From an uncultured Gammaproteobacteria bacterium (GTDB lineage: Bacteria; Patescibacteriota; Patescibacteriia; Magasanikbacterales; GWA2-37-8): DNA of 64,000 nucleotides. The stretch lies in the NCBI GenBank assembly GCA_964634875.1, contig CAZWKA010000002.1:15590-79589 (forward strand). Reading direction: 5' to 3'. The notes beneath the pieces were generated by a model, which was given only the letters and a program-made list of their open reading frames with translations, was not told the DNA's origin and did no database searches. Shown piece by piece: positions 10,136-17,969 of the stretch (the stretch's first letter is position 1; each line of letters begins with the position of its first letter). Made by a program: the position numbers and the translations under genes.

Positions 10136-11251
10136 CTATAAAGAAAATTTCTCTAATTGTTTGGCCCAGGTTAAGTTGCCTGCTACGAGGGCTTTACCGG
10201 CCTGGCCAAGGCCAGCGGCATATTCAGGCGTGAGAAGAAGTTCGCGAAGGGCAGTAAGAATCTCTTCATCACTACCGGCATTAACAAGTAAACCAGTTTT
10301 TTTATCTTGGACAATTTCGGTAGTACCACCACTTTTTCCAGCAATAACCGGGATACCACTGGCCGCCGCTTCTGCGAATACTGTCCCCCATCCTTCTTCC
10401 CCCACCCCACCCTCACCCGTAAGTAAGATAAAAATATCTGCGACCTGGTACAGGGGCGGGAGGTCACGGCTGGGCACTGCCCCTAAAAAACGACAAACGT
10501 GTTGGACATCAGTTTTTGTTACGGTGTCCAGAACTTTTTGCCTCTCGCTACCTTCGCCAATAGCAATCCAGACAACATCCGGGAACTCTTCTAAAACCCG
10601 TGGCAGCAAACGAGCCAAGGTGGCAAAACCTTTGCCAGGCACCATCCTGCCCACACTAAGCAATACTTTTTTACCTTGAAGCGCTAACTGGGCTTTAAGT
10701 TTACGGCCAGAAAGGGGATCAATTGAATTAAAAAAATAATCTGCAGGAGCCGGAAACAAAACGCGAACAGGACATGTGACGGCAATATTCTTCCGTAATT
10801 TATCTTCAAGGAATCGGCTATTTACCACAACCTCGTCGGCAGTGGCAACCAAACTAACCAACCTTTTTTTCTTAGGATTACTCGCAAGCGCGCGGTCAAG
10901 ATCGGTGCCGTGAAAAAACAGCACGTACGGAATTTTTAACAACTTTTTAATAGCAGCAGCGATATATCCACCCGGAAGCACTTGGTGAACATAAATCTTG
11001 GTAACCCCTTCCTTTTTTACGATTTTGTAGACCTGGGCGAGCATCCTCAGCCAGTGTGGCCAGAGAAACCAATAGGGTTTATGCCGGTATACTTTAAATG
11101 GCAACGAACTATCTACGGTCGCAGCATTCTTTTCGAACGGAGCGTAAACTACGGTTTCGTTCGCTGGGGTATGGGCAGCAAAATTAATAACATAATTTGC
11201 GATACCGCCAATCTGAGGGGGAAACTCGAGGGTTAGATGCAGGATTTTCAT
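10136..11251 (-). CDS. Glycosyltransferase family 4
   Basis: FPPQIGGI, VGRMVPGKG, EGWGTVFAEAAASGIPVI; start at MKILHL overlaps the flippase stop (ATGA). Confidence 0.92.
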   Translation of the reverse strand: MKILHLTLEFPPQIGGIANYVINFAAHTPANETVVYAPFEKNAATVDSSLPFKVYRHKPYWFLWPHWLRMLAQVYKIVKKEGVTKIYVHQVLPGGYIAAAIKKLLKIPYVLFFHGTDLDRALASNPKKKRLVSLVATADEVVVNSRFLEDKLRKNIAVTCPVRVLFPAPADYFFNSIDPLSGRKLKAQLALQGKKVLLSVGRMVPGKGFATLARLLPRVLEEFPDVVWIAIGEGSERQKVLDTVTKTDVQHVCRFLGAVPSRDLPPLYQVADIFILLTGEGGVGEEGWGTVFAEAAASGIPVIAGKSGGTTEIVQDKKTGLLVNAGSDEEILTALRELLLTPEYAAGLGQAGKALVAGNLTWAKQLEKFSL

Positions 11252-12690
11252 ATGCGACGGGTTAAAAGTTTGGCACGGAATTCCTGGATCATAGGCTTCG
11301 TAACCCCACCCGATACAAGGAGAAGCGCTGCATAGCATACCACAGCAAGCGGAATTGTCGAGGCCCAGTTAAGATACCGTTCATTGAGCAAAAAAACGAC
11401 TACCCCCATGCCCACAGCGGGCCAAAAAGTTTGGTTAAAGTATTTTATGAGATTTTTAAGTGAAAATGGTATTGTACTACGGATACACCAAAAACCTGTT
11501 GACCATAACACAATATTGCTGGAAAGGGCTGCCCACGCCGCCCCTCTGATTCCTAGGCGGGGCAAAAGGATTAGGTTAAGGATGATATTAATGGTGAGCG
11601 CGATAGAAATAAGGATCGTTTGTGTTTTTTGTCGCCCAACCGCGTTGAGTACTGCACCGTTAATAATGGTGAGGTAGGTGAAAATAAGGCTTGCTAATAA
11701 AATTTGTAAAACAGGGATAGAAGGAATAAATTCTATTTTATAGAAATAAATAATAACTGGCCGCGCCAAGAGGCCGAGCCCGATTGTGAGCGGAAAAATA
11801 ATGGTAAAAAGGTAACGATAGGCTTTACTGATAAACTCCCCTATCTTTAAAGGCTCCTTAATATACAGCGAACTGATAACTGGGTATAAACTAGCAGCAA
11901 CCGCAATAGGTACGAACTGGAAAGCAAAAGTCATTTTATACGGCACACTCCACCACCCCAACTCTTCTGCCGAAACCATTTTTGACATTAGAAGTGAATC
12001 ACTATAGGCATATAAACGCCCAATAAGCCCAGCTAAAGCAATTGGCCAAGCCAATAACAAAAACTCTTTAAAAATAGCCTGGTTGAATCCTTTCCAAAAA
12101 CGTACTTGCGCGGTTGTTTTTACCACCACGGCCGCGTAGATGAGGTTGCAAAAACTGGGAATAGTGTAGGCAATAATGAAAAAATAGATTGGCCAGCCCT
12201 TGTACAAAGCCAAACCACCCAAGGATAAAGTCAGTAACTGCGAACCAACCATGCCGAGTGCCTCATACAACAAGTTGTTGCGGGCACGCAAGAGACTGTA
12301 AAAAACAGTCTGCAGATTATCGAAAAACATGGTGAGTCCCGATACCGCTATGAGCATCTTGAGTGACGGCGGATATCCAAGAAGCTCTGTAGCAAGCAAA
12401 ACTAAGCCATAGGTGCCTAGTCCGAAAATAATCTTTGACCAAAAAGCAGTGGCTACAAAGGCAGCACCTTTTTCAGGGAATTTAGCTGCTTCGCGGGTGA
12501 GGGTATTGCCGAACCCAAAATCAGCAATAACGATAAAAATTGTTGTAAACGTCAGCGCAAAAAAATACTGCCCAGTATCCTCTACCCCAATCGACCGCGC
12601 AAGAACAGTAAAATAAAAAAAAGAAATAATCTTTTGCAAGATCGAGGCAGCCGTAAGGAATGAGGTGTTTTGGACAACGGTATAGGACAT
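11248..12690 (-). CDS. Wzx-type oligosaccharide flippase
   Basis: LARSIGVEDTGQY, ADFGFG, YSDSLLMSKM, LIL.PRLGIRGAAWA; many TM helices; start likely at MSYTVVQN. Confidence 0.9.
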   Translation of the reverse strand: MSYTVVQNTSFLTAASILQKIISFFYFTVLARSIGVEDTGQYFFALTFTTIFIVIADFGFGNTLTREAAKFPEKGAAFVATAFWSKIIFGLGTYGLVLLATELLGYPPSLKMLIAVSGLTMFFDNLQTVFYSLLRARNNLLYEALGMVGSQLLTLSLGGLALYKGWPIYFFIIAYTIPSFCNLIYAAVVVKTTAQVRFWKGFNQAIFKEFLLLAWPIALAGLIGRLYAYSDSLLMSKMVSAEELGWWSVPYKMTFAFQFVPIAVAASLYPVISSLYIKEPLKIGEFISKAYRYLFTIIFPLTIGLGLLARPVIIYFYKIEFIPSIPVLQILLASLIFTYLTIINGAVLNAVGRQKTQTILISIALTINIILNLILLPRLGIRGAAWAALSSNIVLWSTGFWCIRSTIPFSLKNLIKYFNQTFWPAVGMGVVVFLLNERYLNWASTIPLAVVCYAALLLVSGGVTKPMIQEFRAKLLTRRI

Positions 12691-12839
12691 ACAGAAACTA
12701 AGGGCTATGATCCGTAGCTTATCATTGAATTGAAGTTTTTTCCACCCATTGGGCGGATCTGCTGCCAACACTAAAAACAAAGTTCTTTCTGGCAATGACA
12801 CTGAAAACCACCTGCATGCATAATGCTTTAAGCCTAGGG

Positions 12840-12868
12840 TTGACAGGTCGGCACAAAAGCTTTAATTT
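12840..12868 (+). promoter_or_regulatory. sigma70-type promoter of orphan ORF 12894
   Basis: TTGACA-17-TAATTT; SD AGGAG lies downstream. Confidence 0.6.
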
Positions 12869-12893
12869 ATTAGAAAACAACCAGGAGAATCTG

Positions 12894-13103
12894 ATGACAC
12901 TTGAGCAAATGTTTACCGAGTGTGTTCACATGGAGGACGGTGAACAGAAGAAATTCAGATTCCTTCAGCCAGTGGCGCGCAAGAAGGTGGAGCGCCTTGC
13001 CGAGCGAGTCGCTGCAGAAAAGCTCCGTCAAGGCGGGTACCTAACCGTCACTATCGACGGCCTGCACGCTATCTGGACTGCAACATGCACGACTGTCATC
13101 TAG
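12894..13103 (+). CDS. Orphan hypothetical protein (69 aa)
   Basis: Own promoter, SD CAGGAG, GC-richer than flanks, followed by a long hairpin. Confidence 0.6.
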   Translation: MTLEQMFTECVHMEDGEQKKFRFLQPVARKKVERLAERVAAEKLRQGGYLTVTIDGLHAIWTATCTTVI

Positions 13104-13107
13104 CGCA

Positions 13108-13185
13108 ACAACCCTGTCGTTCACTTGCCTTTTGAGCGTCGTAACCGATGCTTAAAAGGGAGGATCGAACGCCAGGGTTGTTTTT
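13108..13185 (+). terminator. Long bulged hairpin with T-tract after orphan ORF
   Basis: AACAACCCTG/CAGGGTTGTT, CGTTC/GAACG and CCTTTTGAGCGTCG/CGATGCTTAAAAGG arms. Confidence 0.65.
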
Positions 13186-13187
13186 AT

Positions 13188-13215
13188 AAAAAACCCTCTG
13201 ATCAGAGGGTTTTTT
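13188..13215 (-). terminator. Intrinsic terminator of the ribosomal protein operon
   Basis: AAAAAACCCTCTG-AT-CAGAGGGTTTTTT downstream of rpsI. Confidence 0.8.
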
Positions 13216-13234
13216 AGGAAGATTGTAAGTTTTT

Positions 13235-13642
13235 TTAACGCTTGCTCCACTGTGGTGCACGGCGAGCTTTTTTAAGACCTGGTTTCTTGCGTTCCTTGAT
13301 GCGGGCGTCTCGGGTAAGAAGACCGAGGGCTTTAAGTACCTTTTTGTTTTCCTCATTCCAAAGGACCAGGGCGCGAGCAATACCGAGCTGCACAGCCGTG
13401 GCTTGTCCTTTTTTGCCGCCACCAGCTACTTTGGCTGATACATCAAGATCCTTGTCTTTAGCCAGAGCTTTGAGAGGAGCAAAAATTGTCTCCTGCCATT
13501 CAAAGTAAGGAAAATATTTTTCAAGCGGCTGTCCATTGACCGTAATAGTTCCTTTGCCTTTTTCCAAACGAACCCGGGCAGAAGCAGATTTGCGGCGGCC
13601 GACAGCGCGCATTTGGTCGGTTTTAGTAGTAAGCTTTGTCAT
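13235..13642 (-). CDS. rpsI: 30S ribosomal protein S9
   Basis: GRRKSASARV, GGGKKGQ, ERKKPGLKKARRAPQWSKR. Confidence 0.98.
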   Translation of the reverse strand: MTKLTTKTDQMRAVGRRKSASARVRLEKGKGTITVNGQPLEKYFPYFEWQETIFAPLKALAKDKDLDVSAKVAGGGKKGQATAVQLGIARALVLWNEENKKVLKALGLLTRDARIKERKKPGLKKARRAPQWSKR

Positions 13643-13654
13643 ACAAAGTTCGGT

Positions 13655-14011
13655 TTATTTAAAAGACAAACGCAAGAGACGTGCTTCGCGCAGTTTGTTT
13701 TTCGGAAGCATTTTTACCACCGCGTGACGGACGACGTCTTCAGGCTTTTCAGCTAAGACTTTCCTGACTGGGGTGCGCTTAAGACCACCTGGATGCATGG
13801 TGTGGTGCAAGAATTCTTTCTGCTCAAGCTTCTTACCAGTAAAGAGAACTTTGCTGGCATTGAGGATAACAACTTTATCGCCCATGTCGCGGTGTGGTAC
13901 ATAGCTCGCCTTGTGTTTGCCCATCAAAAGCGTGGCGATCTTGGTAGCAAGCCGTCCAGGAGCCTGGTTAGTCGCATCAATTTCGTGTTTTTTGCGTTTA
14001 ATACTGGCCAT
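13655..14011 (-). CDS. rplM: 50S ribosomal protein L13
   Basis: IDA...GRLATKIA.LLMGKHK..Y.PH.D.GD, MLPKNKL. Confidence 0.97.
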   Translation of the reverse strand: MASIKRKKHEIDATNQAPGRLATKIATLLMGKHKASYVPHRDMGDKVVILNASKVLFTGKKLEQKEFLHHTMHPGGLKRTPVRKVLAEKPEDVVRHAVVKMLPKNKLREARLLRLSFK

Positions 14012-14036
14012 AACAGTTATTTAGACAAATTATAAG

Positions 14037-14387
14037 TTAGACGAATTCAATCAGTACTTCCTCTGCTCCGTCGCCAACGCGATTTCTAAGGCTCGTGGTG
14101 CGAGTGTAACCGCCTTTGCGGTCGAGGTAACGGGGTCCTAATTGTTCCATCAATTTTTTAACTGCATTTTCAGTGTAAAGCTCTTTAATAAGAGCGCGGC
14201 GAGCAGTCAGTGTATTTGCTTTGGATTTGGTAATAAGTTTTTCAACATACGACCGGACAGCACGTGCTTTGGCCTTGGTGGTCTTGATTTTTTCGTAGAT
14301 AATCAGGCTTTCAGCCAAGTTAGCTAAGAGCGACCGGCGGGCAGCCGAATTGCGGTCAAGCGTAATTTTAGTTTTTTGATGTCTCAT
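14037..14387 (-). CDS. rplQ: 50S ribosomal protein L17
   Basis: MRH, IKTTKAKA, RKGGYTR, R.GDGAE. Confidence 0.97.
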   Translation of the reverse strand: MRHQKTKITLDRNSAARRSLLANLAESLIIYEKIKTTKAKARAVRSYVEKLITKSKANTLTARRALIKELYTENAVKKLMEQLGPRYLDRKGGYTRTTSLRNRVGDGAEEVLIEFV

Positions 14388-14439
14388 ACTGATAGTGCTT
14401 GATAGCTGGTAGCGCAGGAGCGCCGTAGCAATTGGTTAA

Positions 14440-15270
14440 TTATGATTTTTTCTTAGTCTTCTTTGCCTTTGGTTTCTTTTCTGATTCTTCTTCACCGCCC
14501 ATTTCAGTCGTTTCCTCCGGCAGCGCTTCACCCGCTTCTTCACCCACAGCTTCCACAGCAGCTGGCGCAAAGTCTGGCGTAGCACTAACTTCATCTAAAA
14601 TAATATTGAAATGGCTGATCAAGATTTGAGTACTCTGAAGCAATGCATCTTTCGGAGCAATCGTTCCATTCGTTTCGATGTTAATCGTCAAGCGTTCAAA
14701 GTTTGTAATGTCACCGACACGCGTGTATTCAACTTTATAACCAACATCCTTTACAGGAGTGTAGACCGAATCCATAACAATCGTGCCAAGGTCATAATTT
14801 TGCTTATCTTTTTCTTCGACTGGTTTATAACCACGTCCCTTACCGACCGTAACGTCGATGTCAAGCGTTTTAGCGCTGGTCAGGTGGGCAATGACTAAAT
14901 CCGGATTAACAATTTCAACGTTCGAGTTAGCGACGAAATCAGCAGCAGTAACAACACCAGGACCCTTTTTAACAAGATTCAAAACAACGGTCTCGTCGGT
15001 AAAAATCTTAACCGCCAACTGTTTGAGGTTAAGCATCATTTCCATGGCGTCTTCTTTAACACCCTCAACAGTACTAAATTCGTGAGAAACGCCTTTTACT
15101 TTAAAATGCTCAACGGCTGAGCCAGGGAGTGACGACAACAAAACACGACGGAGCGCATTTCCGAGCGTTGTTCCATACCCGTGATAACACGGTGTAATAA
15201 CGACCGAACCAGAATTCGGCGTCTGCCCCTCTTGGAATTCCACTTTGGAAGGAAGAAGAAAATTCTCCAT
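14440..15270 (-). CDS. rpoA: RNA polymerase alpha subunit (NTD only plus charged tail)
   Basis: GYGTTLGNALRRVLLSSLPG, HEFSTVEGVKED, GRGY, TRVG. Confidence 0.97.
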   Translation of the reverse strand: MENFLLPSKVEFQEGQTPNSGSVVITPCYHGYGTTLGNALRRVLLSSLPGSAVEHFKVKGVSHEFSTVEGVKEDAMEMMLNLKQLAVKIFTDETVVLNLVKKGPGVVTAADFVANSNVEIVNPDLVIAHLTSAKTLDIDVTVGKGRGYKPVEEKDKQNYDLGTIVMDSVYTPVKDVGYKVEYTRVGDITNFERLTINIETNGTIAPKDALLQSTQILISHFNIILDEVSATPDFAPAAVEAVGEEAGEALPEETTEMGGEEESEKKPKAKKTKKKS

Positions 15271-15281
15271 AGTGCTTAAAA

Positions 15282-15890
15282 TTAACGAGAATAAAACTCA
15301 ATGATTGCTTTGGCGTCAAAATTTGGATTTTCGGCAGTTGGGCTATTGAGCACTTTGCCGGCCAAATTTTTCGCTTCGATAGTAAGCCAGCTCGGGGCTT
15401 CAACCTTAGCAAGAGTTTCGCTCAAGTTTTCATATAACTTACTTTTTTTCTTAGTTTCTTTAATTCCAACTACGTCGCCTACTTTTACACGGTAAGAAGG
15501 AATATCAACATTTTTACCATTTACAGTAGTGTGTCCGTGGCCAACAATCTGGCGAGCGCTGCGGCGGGATTTTGCCAAGCCCAAGCGGTAGACTACATTA
15601 TCAAGACGGGATTCAAGGTAATTGAGCAAAATCTTGCTGGTATCACCGGTTTTTTTGGAAGCCTCTTCAACGTAGTTTGAAAATTGGCGCTCCAAAAGTC
15701 CGTAAATCTGTTTTACTTTTTGTTTTTCACGCAATTGTTTACCATAAGCAGAGAGCTTTGGTTTTTTCTTGTTTGGGCCATGCTGCCCGGCTGGGTAGCT
15801 GCGGCGAGTAATAGGGCATTTCGGGGAATCACAGAGTTTCTCTCCGAACTTGCGGCATACTTTATGTTTTGGTCTGAGATCGCGAGCCAT
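15282..15890 (-). CDS. rpsD: 30S ribosomal protein S4
   Basis: YGKQLREKQK, LESRLDNVVYRLG, IIEFYSR. Confidence 0.98.
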   Translation of the reverse strand: MARDLRPKHKVCRKFGEKLCDSPKCPITRRSYPAGQHGPNKKKPKLSAYGKQLREKQKVKQIYGLLERQFSNYVEEASKKTGDTSKILLNYLESRLDNVVYRLGLAKSRRSARQIVGHGHTTVNGKNVDIPSYRVKVGDVVGIKETKKKSKLYENLSETLAKVEAPSWLTIEAKNLAGKVLNSPTAENPNFDAKAIIEFYSR

Positions 15891-15924
15891 ACAGTATAAA
15901 GTTTTGGTAATTTAGAAAAGATTA

Positions 15925-16362
15925 TTAAACACGACGGCGTTTCGGCGGACGGCAGCCGTTGTGTGGAATTGGAGTGGTATCCGTAATGGATAAGACATTT
16001 AAACCATTGGCGTGCAAAGCACGGATAGCACTTTCGCGACCACCACCAATGCCTTTTACAAAGACATTAATTTCTTTCAAGCCGTATTCAGCCACCTTAG
16101 CCAACAATTCTTTCACAACCACACTGGCTGCATAAGGAGTAGCTTTTTTAGGCCCTTTAAACCCAGTTGCTCCGGCGGAACACCAGCCTAAAACGTTACC
16201 ATTAGGATCAGCGACCGAAATGATAGTGTTGTTATACGAAGCTTGCACATAGGCATTGCCGCGAGGAACTTGTTTAAGGATTTTCTTTTTCTTTGCTTTA
16301 ACTACCTTACTCGGGGCAACTTTGTTTTCACCAGAGGTAGGTTTCTGAGTTTGATCGGACAT
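15925..16362 (-). CDS. rpsK: 30S ribosomal protein S11
   Basis: ASYNNTI, GFKGPKKATPYAA, PHNGCRPPKRRRV. Confidence 0.98.
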   Translation of the reverse strand: MSDQTQKPTSGENKVAPSKVVKAKKKKILKQVPRGNAYVQASYNNTIISVADPNGNVLGWCSAGATGFKGPKKATPYAASVVVKELLAKVAEYGLKEINVFVKGIGGGRESAIRALHANGLNVLSITDTTPIPHNGCRPPKRRRV

Positions 16363-16409
16363 ACAGGTTTTAATTGCTAGAAGTTAGGAATTACGCTATG
16401 AGTACAACT

Positions 16410-16796
16410 TTAGGTCTTCTGACCAGCATCTTTACGACCACTGCCCATAGTCTTGCGGGTGTTGCCGCGGACAGTACGGGAATTTGTCTTAGTGCGCTGC
16501 CCACGAACCGGTAAATGTTTCATGTGACGGAGGCCGCGGTAGGATTTAATGTCTTTCAAGCGCTTGATGTTACTCTGTACTTCACGGCGCAAATCGCCTT
16601 CAGTGCGGTAACTTTTTTCAACGATAGCCCGAAGCTTATCCTGTTCTTCAGTAGTAAGATCTTTAACCCGGGTATCCTCGCTGATACCAGCAGTCTTTAA
16701 AATCTTTTTAGAAAGGGTTGGCCCAATGCCATAGATGTAGCTGAGCGAAGCGAAGACTTTCTTTTCATTAGGGATGTTAGTTCCAGCAATACGCAT
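16410..16796 (-). CDS. rpsM: 30S ribosomal protein S13
   Basis: [29 protein letters not shown]. Confidence 0.98.
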   Translation of the reverse strand: MRIAGTNIPNEKKVFASLSYIYGIGPTLSKKILKTAGISEDTRVKDLTTEEQDKLRAIVEKSYRTEGDLRREVQSNIKRLKDIKSYRGLRHMKHLPVRGQRTKTNSRTVRGNTRKTMGSGRKDAGQKT

Positions 16797-16838
16797 ACTT
16801 TTGGGTAGTAATTATTAGAGGTATAAAGACAGCCGAGC

Positions 16839-16952
16839 TTAACCTTGGCGTTGTTTATGTTTGGAATTGGAGCAAATGACTCGCAGGCGTCCTTTGCGGC
16901 GGACGATCTTGCATTTCATGCAGATTTTCTTTACGGATGCTCTGACTTTCAT
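16839..16952 (-). CDS. rpmJ: 50S ribosomal protein L36 (not in ORF track)
   Basis: Manual translation [37 protein letters not shown]. Confidence 0.97.
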   Translation of the reverse strand: MKVRASVKKICMKCKIVRRKGRLRVICSNSKHKQRQG

Positions 16953-16979
16953 ACTGGCAAATATTTTAAGTAAGAAAAA

Positions 16980-17080
16980 ATACCAACCACTGCCGCGATA
17001 TCGACGCCCAATATGTTCCCTCAGTCGGACAAAAAACCGGAAGACTGAGGAAGATCGAGCTACACCGCACTGGTTGATAT
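16980..17080 (-). ncRNA. Candidate structured cis RNA (about 100-nt extended hairpin) between infA and rpmJ
   Basis: Minus-strand pairings AUAUCAACCA/UGGUUGGUAU, GCGGUGU/AUAUCGC, GCUCGAU/AUUGGGC, UUCCUCAGUC/GACUGAGGGA; G-U pairs work only on the transcribed strand. Confidence 0.55.
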
Positions 17081-17093
17081 TCTTAAAAAGTTT

Positions 17094-17312
17094 TTAAAAA
17101 CGAAAGATAATTCTTCCTTTCGTAAGATCGTAAGGTGTCATTGCAACTTTTACCTGGTCACCAAGCGATAAACGAATCTTGTTTAAACGCATTTTGCCCG
17201 CTAAATGGGCAATGATAACTTGGCCGCTTTCGAGCTTAACCCGAAAATTGGCCGCTGGTAAGAGCTCTTCAACCCTACCCTTGATCTCGATAATTTCTTT
17301 TTCGTTAGCCAT
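17094..17312 (-). CDS. infA: Translation initiation factor IF-1
   Basis: [31 protein letters not shown]. Confidence 0.97.
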   Translation of the reverse strand: MANEKEIIEIKGRVEELLPAANFRVKLESGQVIIAHLAGKMRLNKIRLSLGDQVKVAMTPYDLTKGRIIFRF

Positions 17313-17334
17313 TCAAGAAAATTAATCTGTGATT

Positions 17335-17363
17335 AGTATAAAGGAAAATGGAGACAAAGTCAA
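17335..17363 (-). promoter_or_regulatory. sigma70 promoter of the infA-rpsI operon
   Basis: TTGACT-17-TATACT on the minus strand. Confidence 0.75.
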
Positions 17364-17447
17364 GGCTTTGGCTTAAAACAGGGTAAAACAACAGAACTGC
17401 CGTTCCTGACTTAAAATTTGCCTTTACTTAGCAAAAATATTGATTAT

Positions 17448-17951
17448 CTATGGTTGAGGCGATTTTTTGTCACCCGGGTTGTGCACACCCTCTGCCCCGA
17501 CTGAAACCTCTCGGATTTCTGGAGAAATTTTGTAAACCCAAAATTTATACAGTAAAAAATTCCAGGCAACAGCAAGAGCAATGTTAGCGGTTCGGAAAAG
17601 TAGATAGTTGTAGCGTTCAGGCTGAATTACAATCAACTGGAGTCGCTCGGTAAAAAACCACATCCACAAAACTGAAATACCATAATTGGTGAGTGCTAAC
17701 AAATAAAATCGCACCATCTGTGAACGGGTAATCCCTTTAGCCTTGAAGGCCCAATACTTATTTAAGAAGAAAACGTAATTGAGGAGAATTGCCTGGTTAA
17801 TTATTACCGCTTGTACTGCAGTAAGGTGGACAAATTCCTTAAATAAAAACAAAGTCGTAATATCAAGGACAAAAGCACTAAACCCAATAAGGAAGTACTT
17901 GGCGAATTGAACTCGTGCCCCCCAAGCTTTTTGTAGAAAAATTTTAAGCAT
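17448..17951 (-). CDS. GtrA family protein
   Basis: QFAKYFLIG, FFLNKYWAF, WNFLLYKFWVY; four TM helices. Confidence 0.88.
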   Translation of the reverse strand: MLKIFLQKAWGARVQFAKYFLIGFSAFVLDITTLFLFKEFVHLTAVQAVIINQAILLNYVFFLNKYWAFKAKGITRSQMVRFYLLALTNYGISVLWMWFFTERLQLIVIQPERYNYLLFRTANIALAVAWNFLLYKFWVYKISPEIREVSVGAEGVHNPGDKKSPQP

Positions 17952-17969
17952 GCAGTTTATTTAACAAGC

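Noticed and set aside
16980-17080. SRP (4.5S) RNA identity for the long hairpin
   Set aside because: Size fits, but the helix-8 motif (GNRA tetraloop with CAGG/AGCA internal loop) is absent
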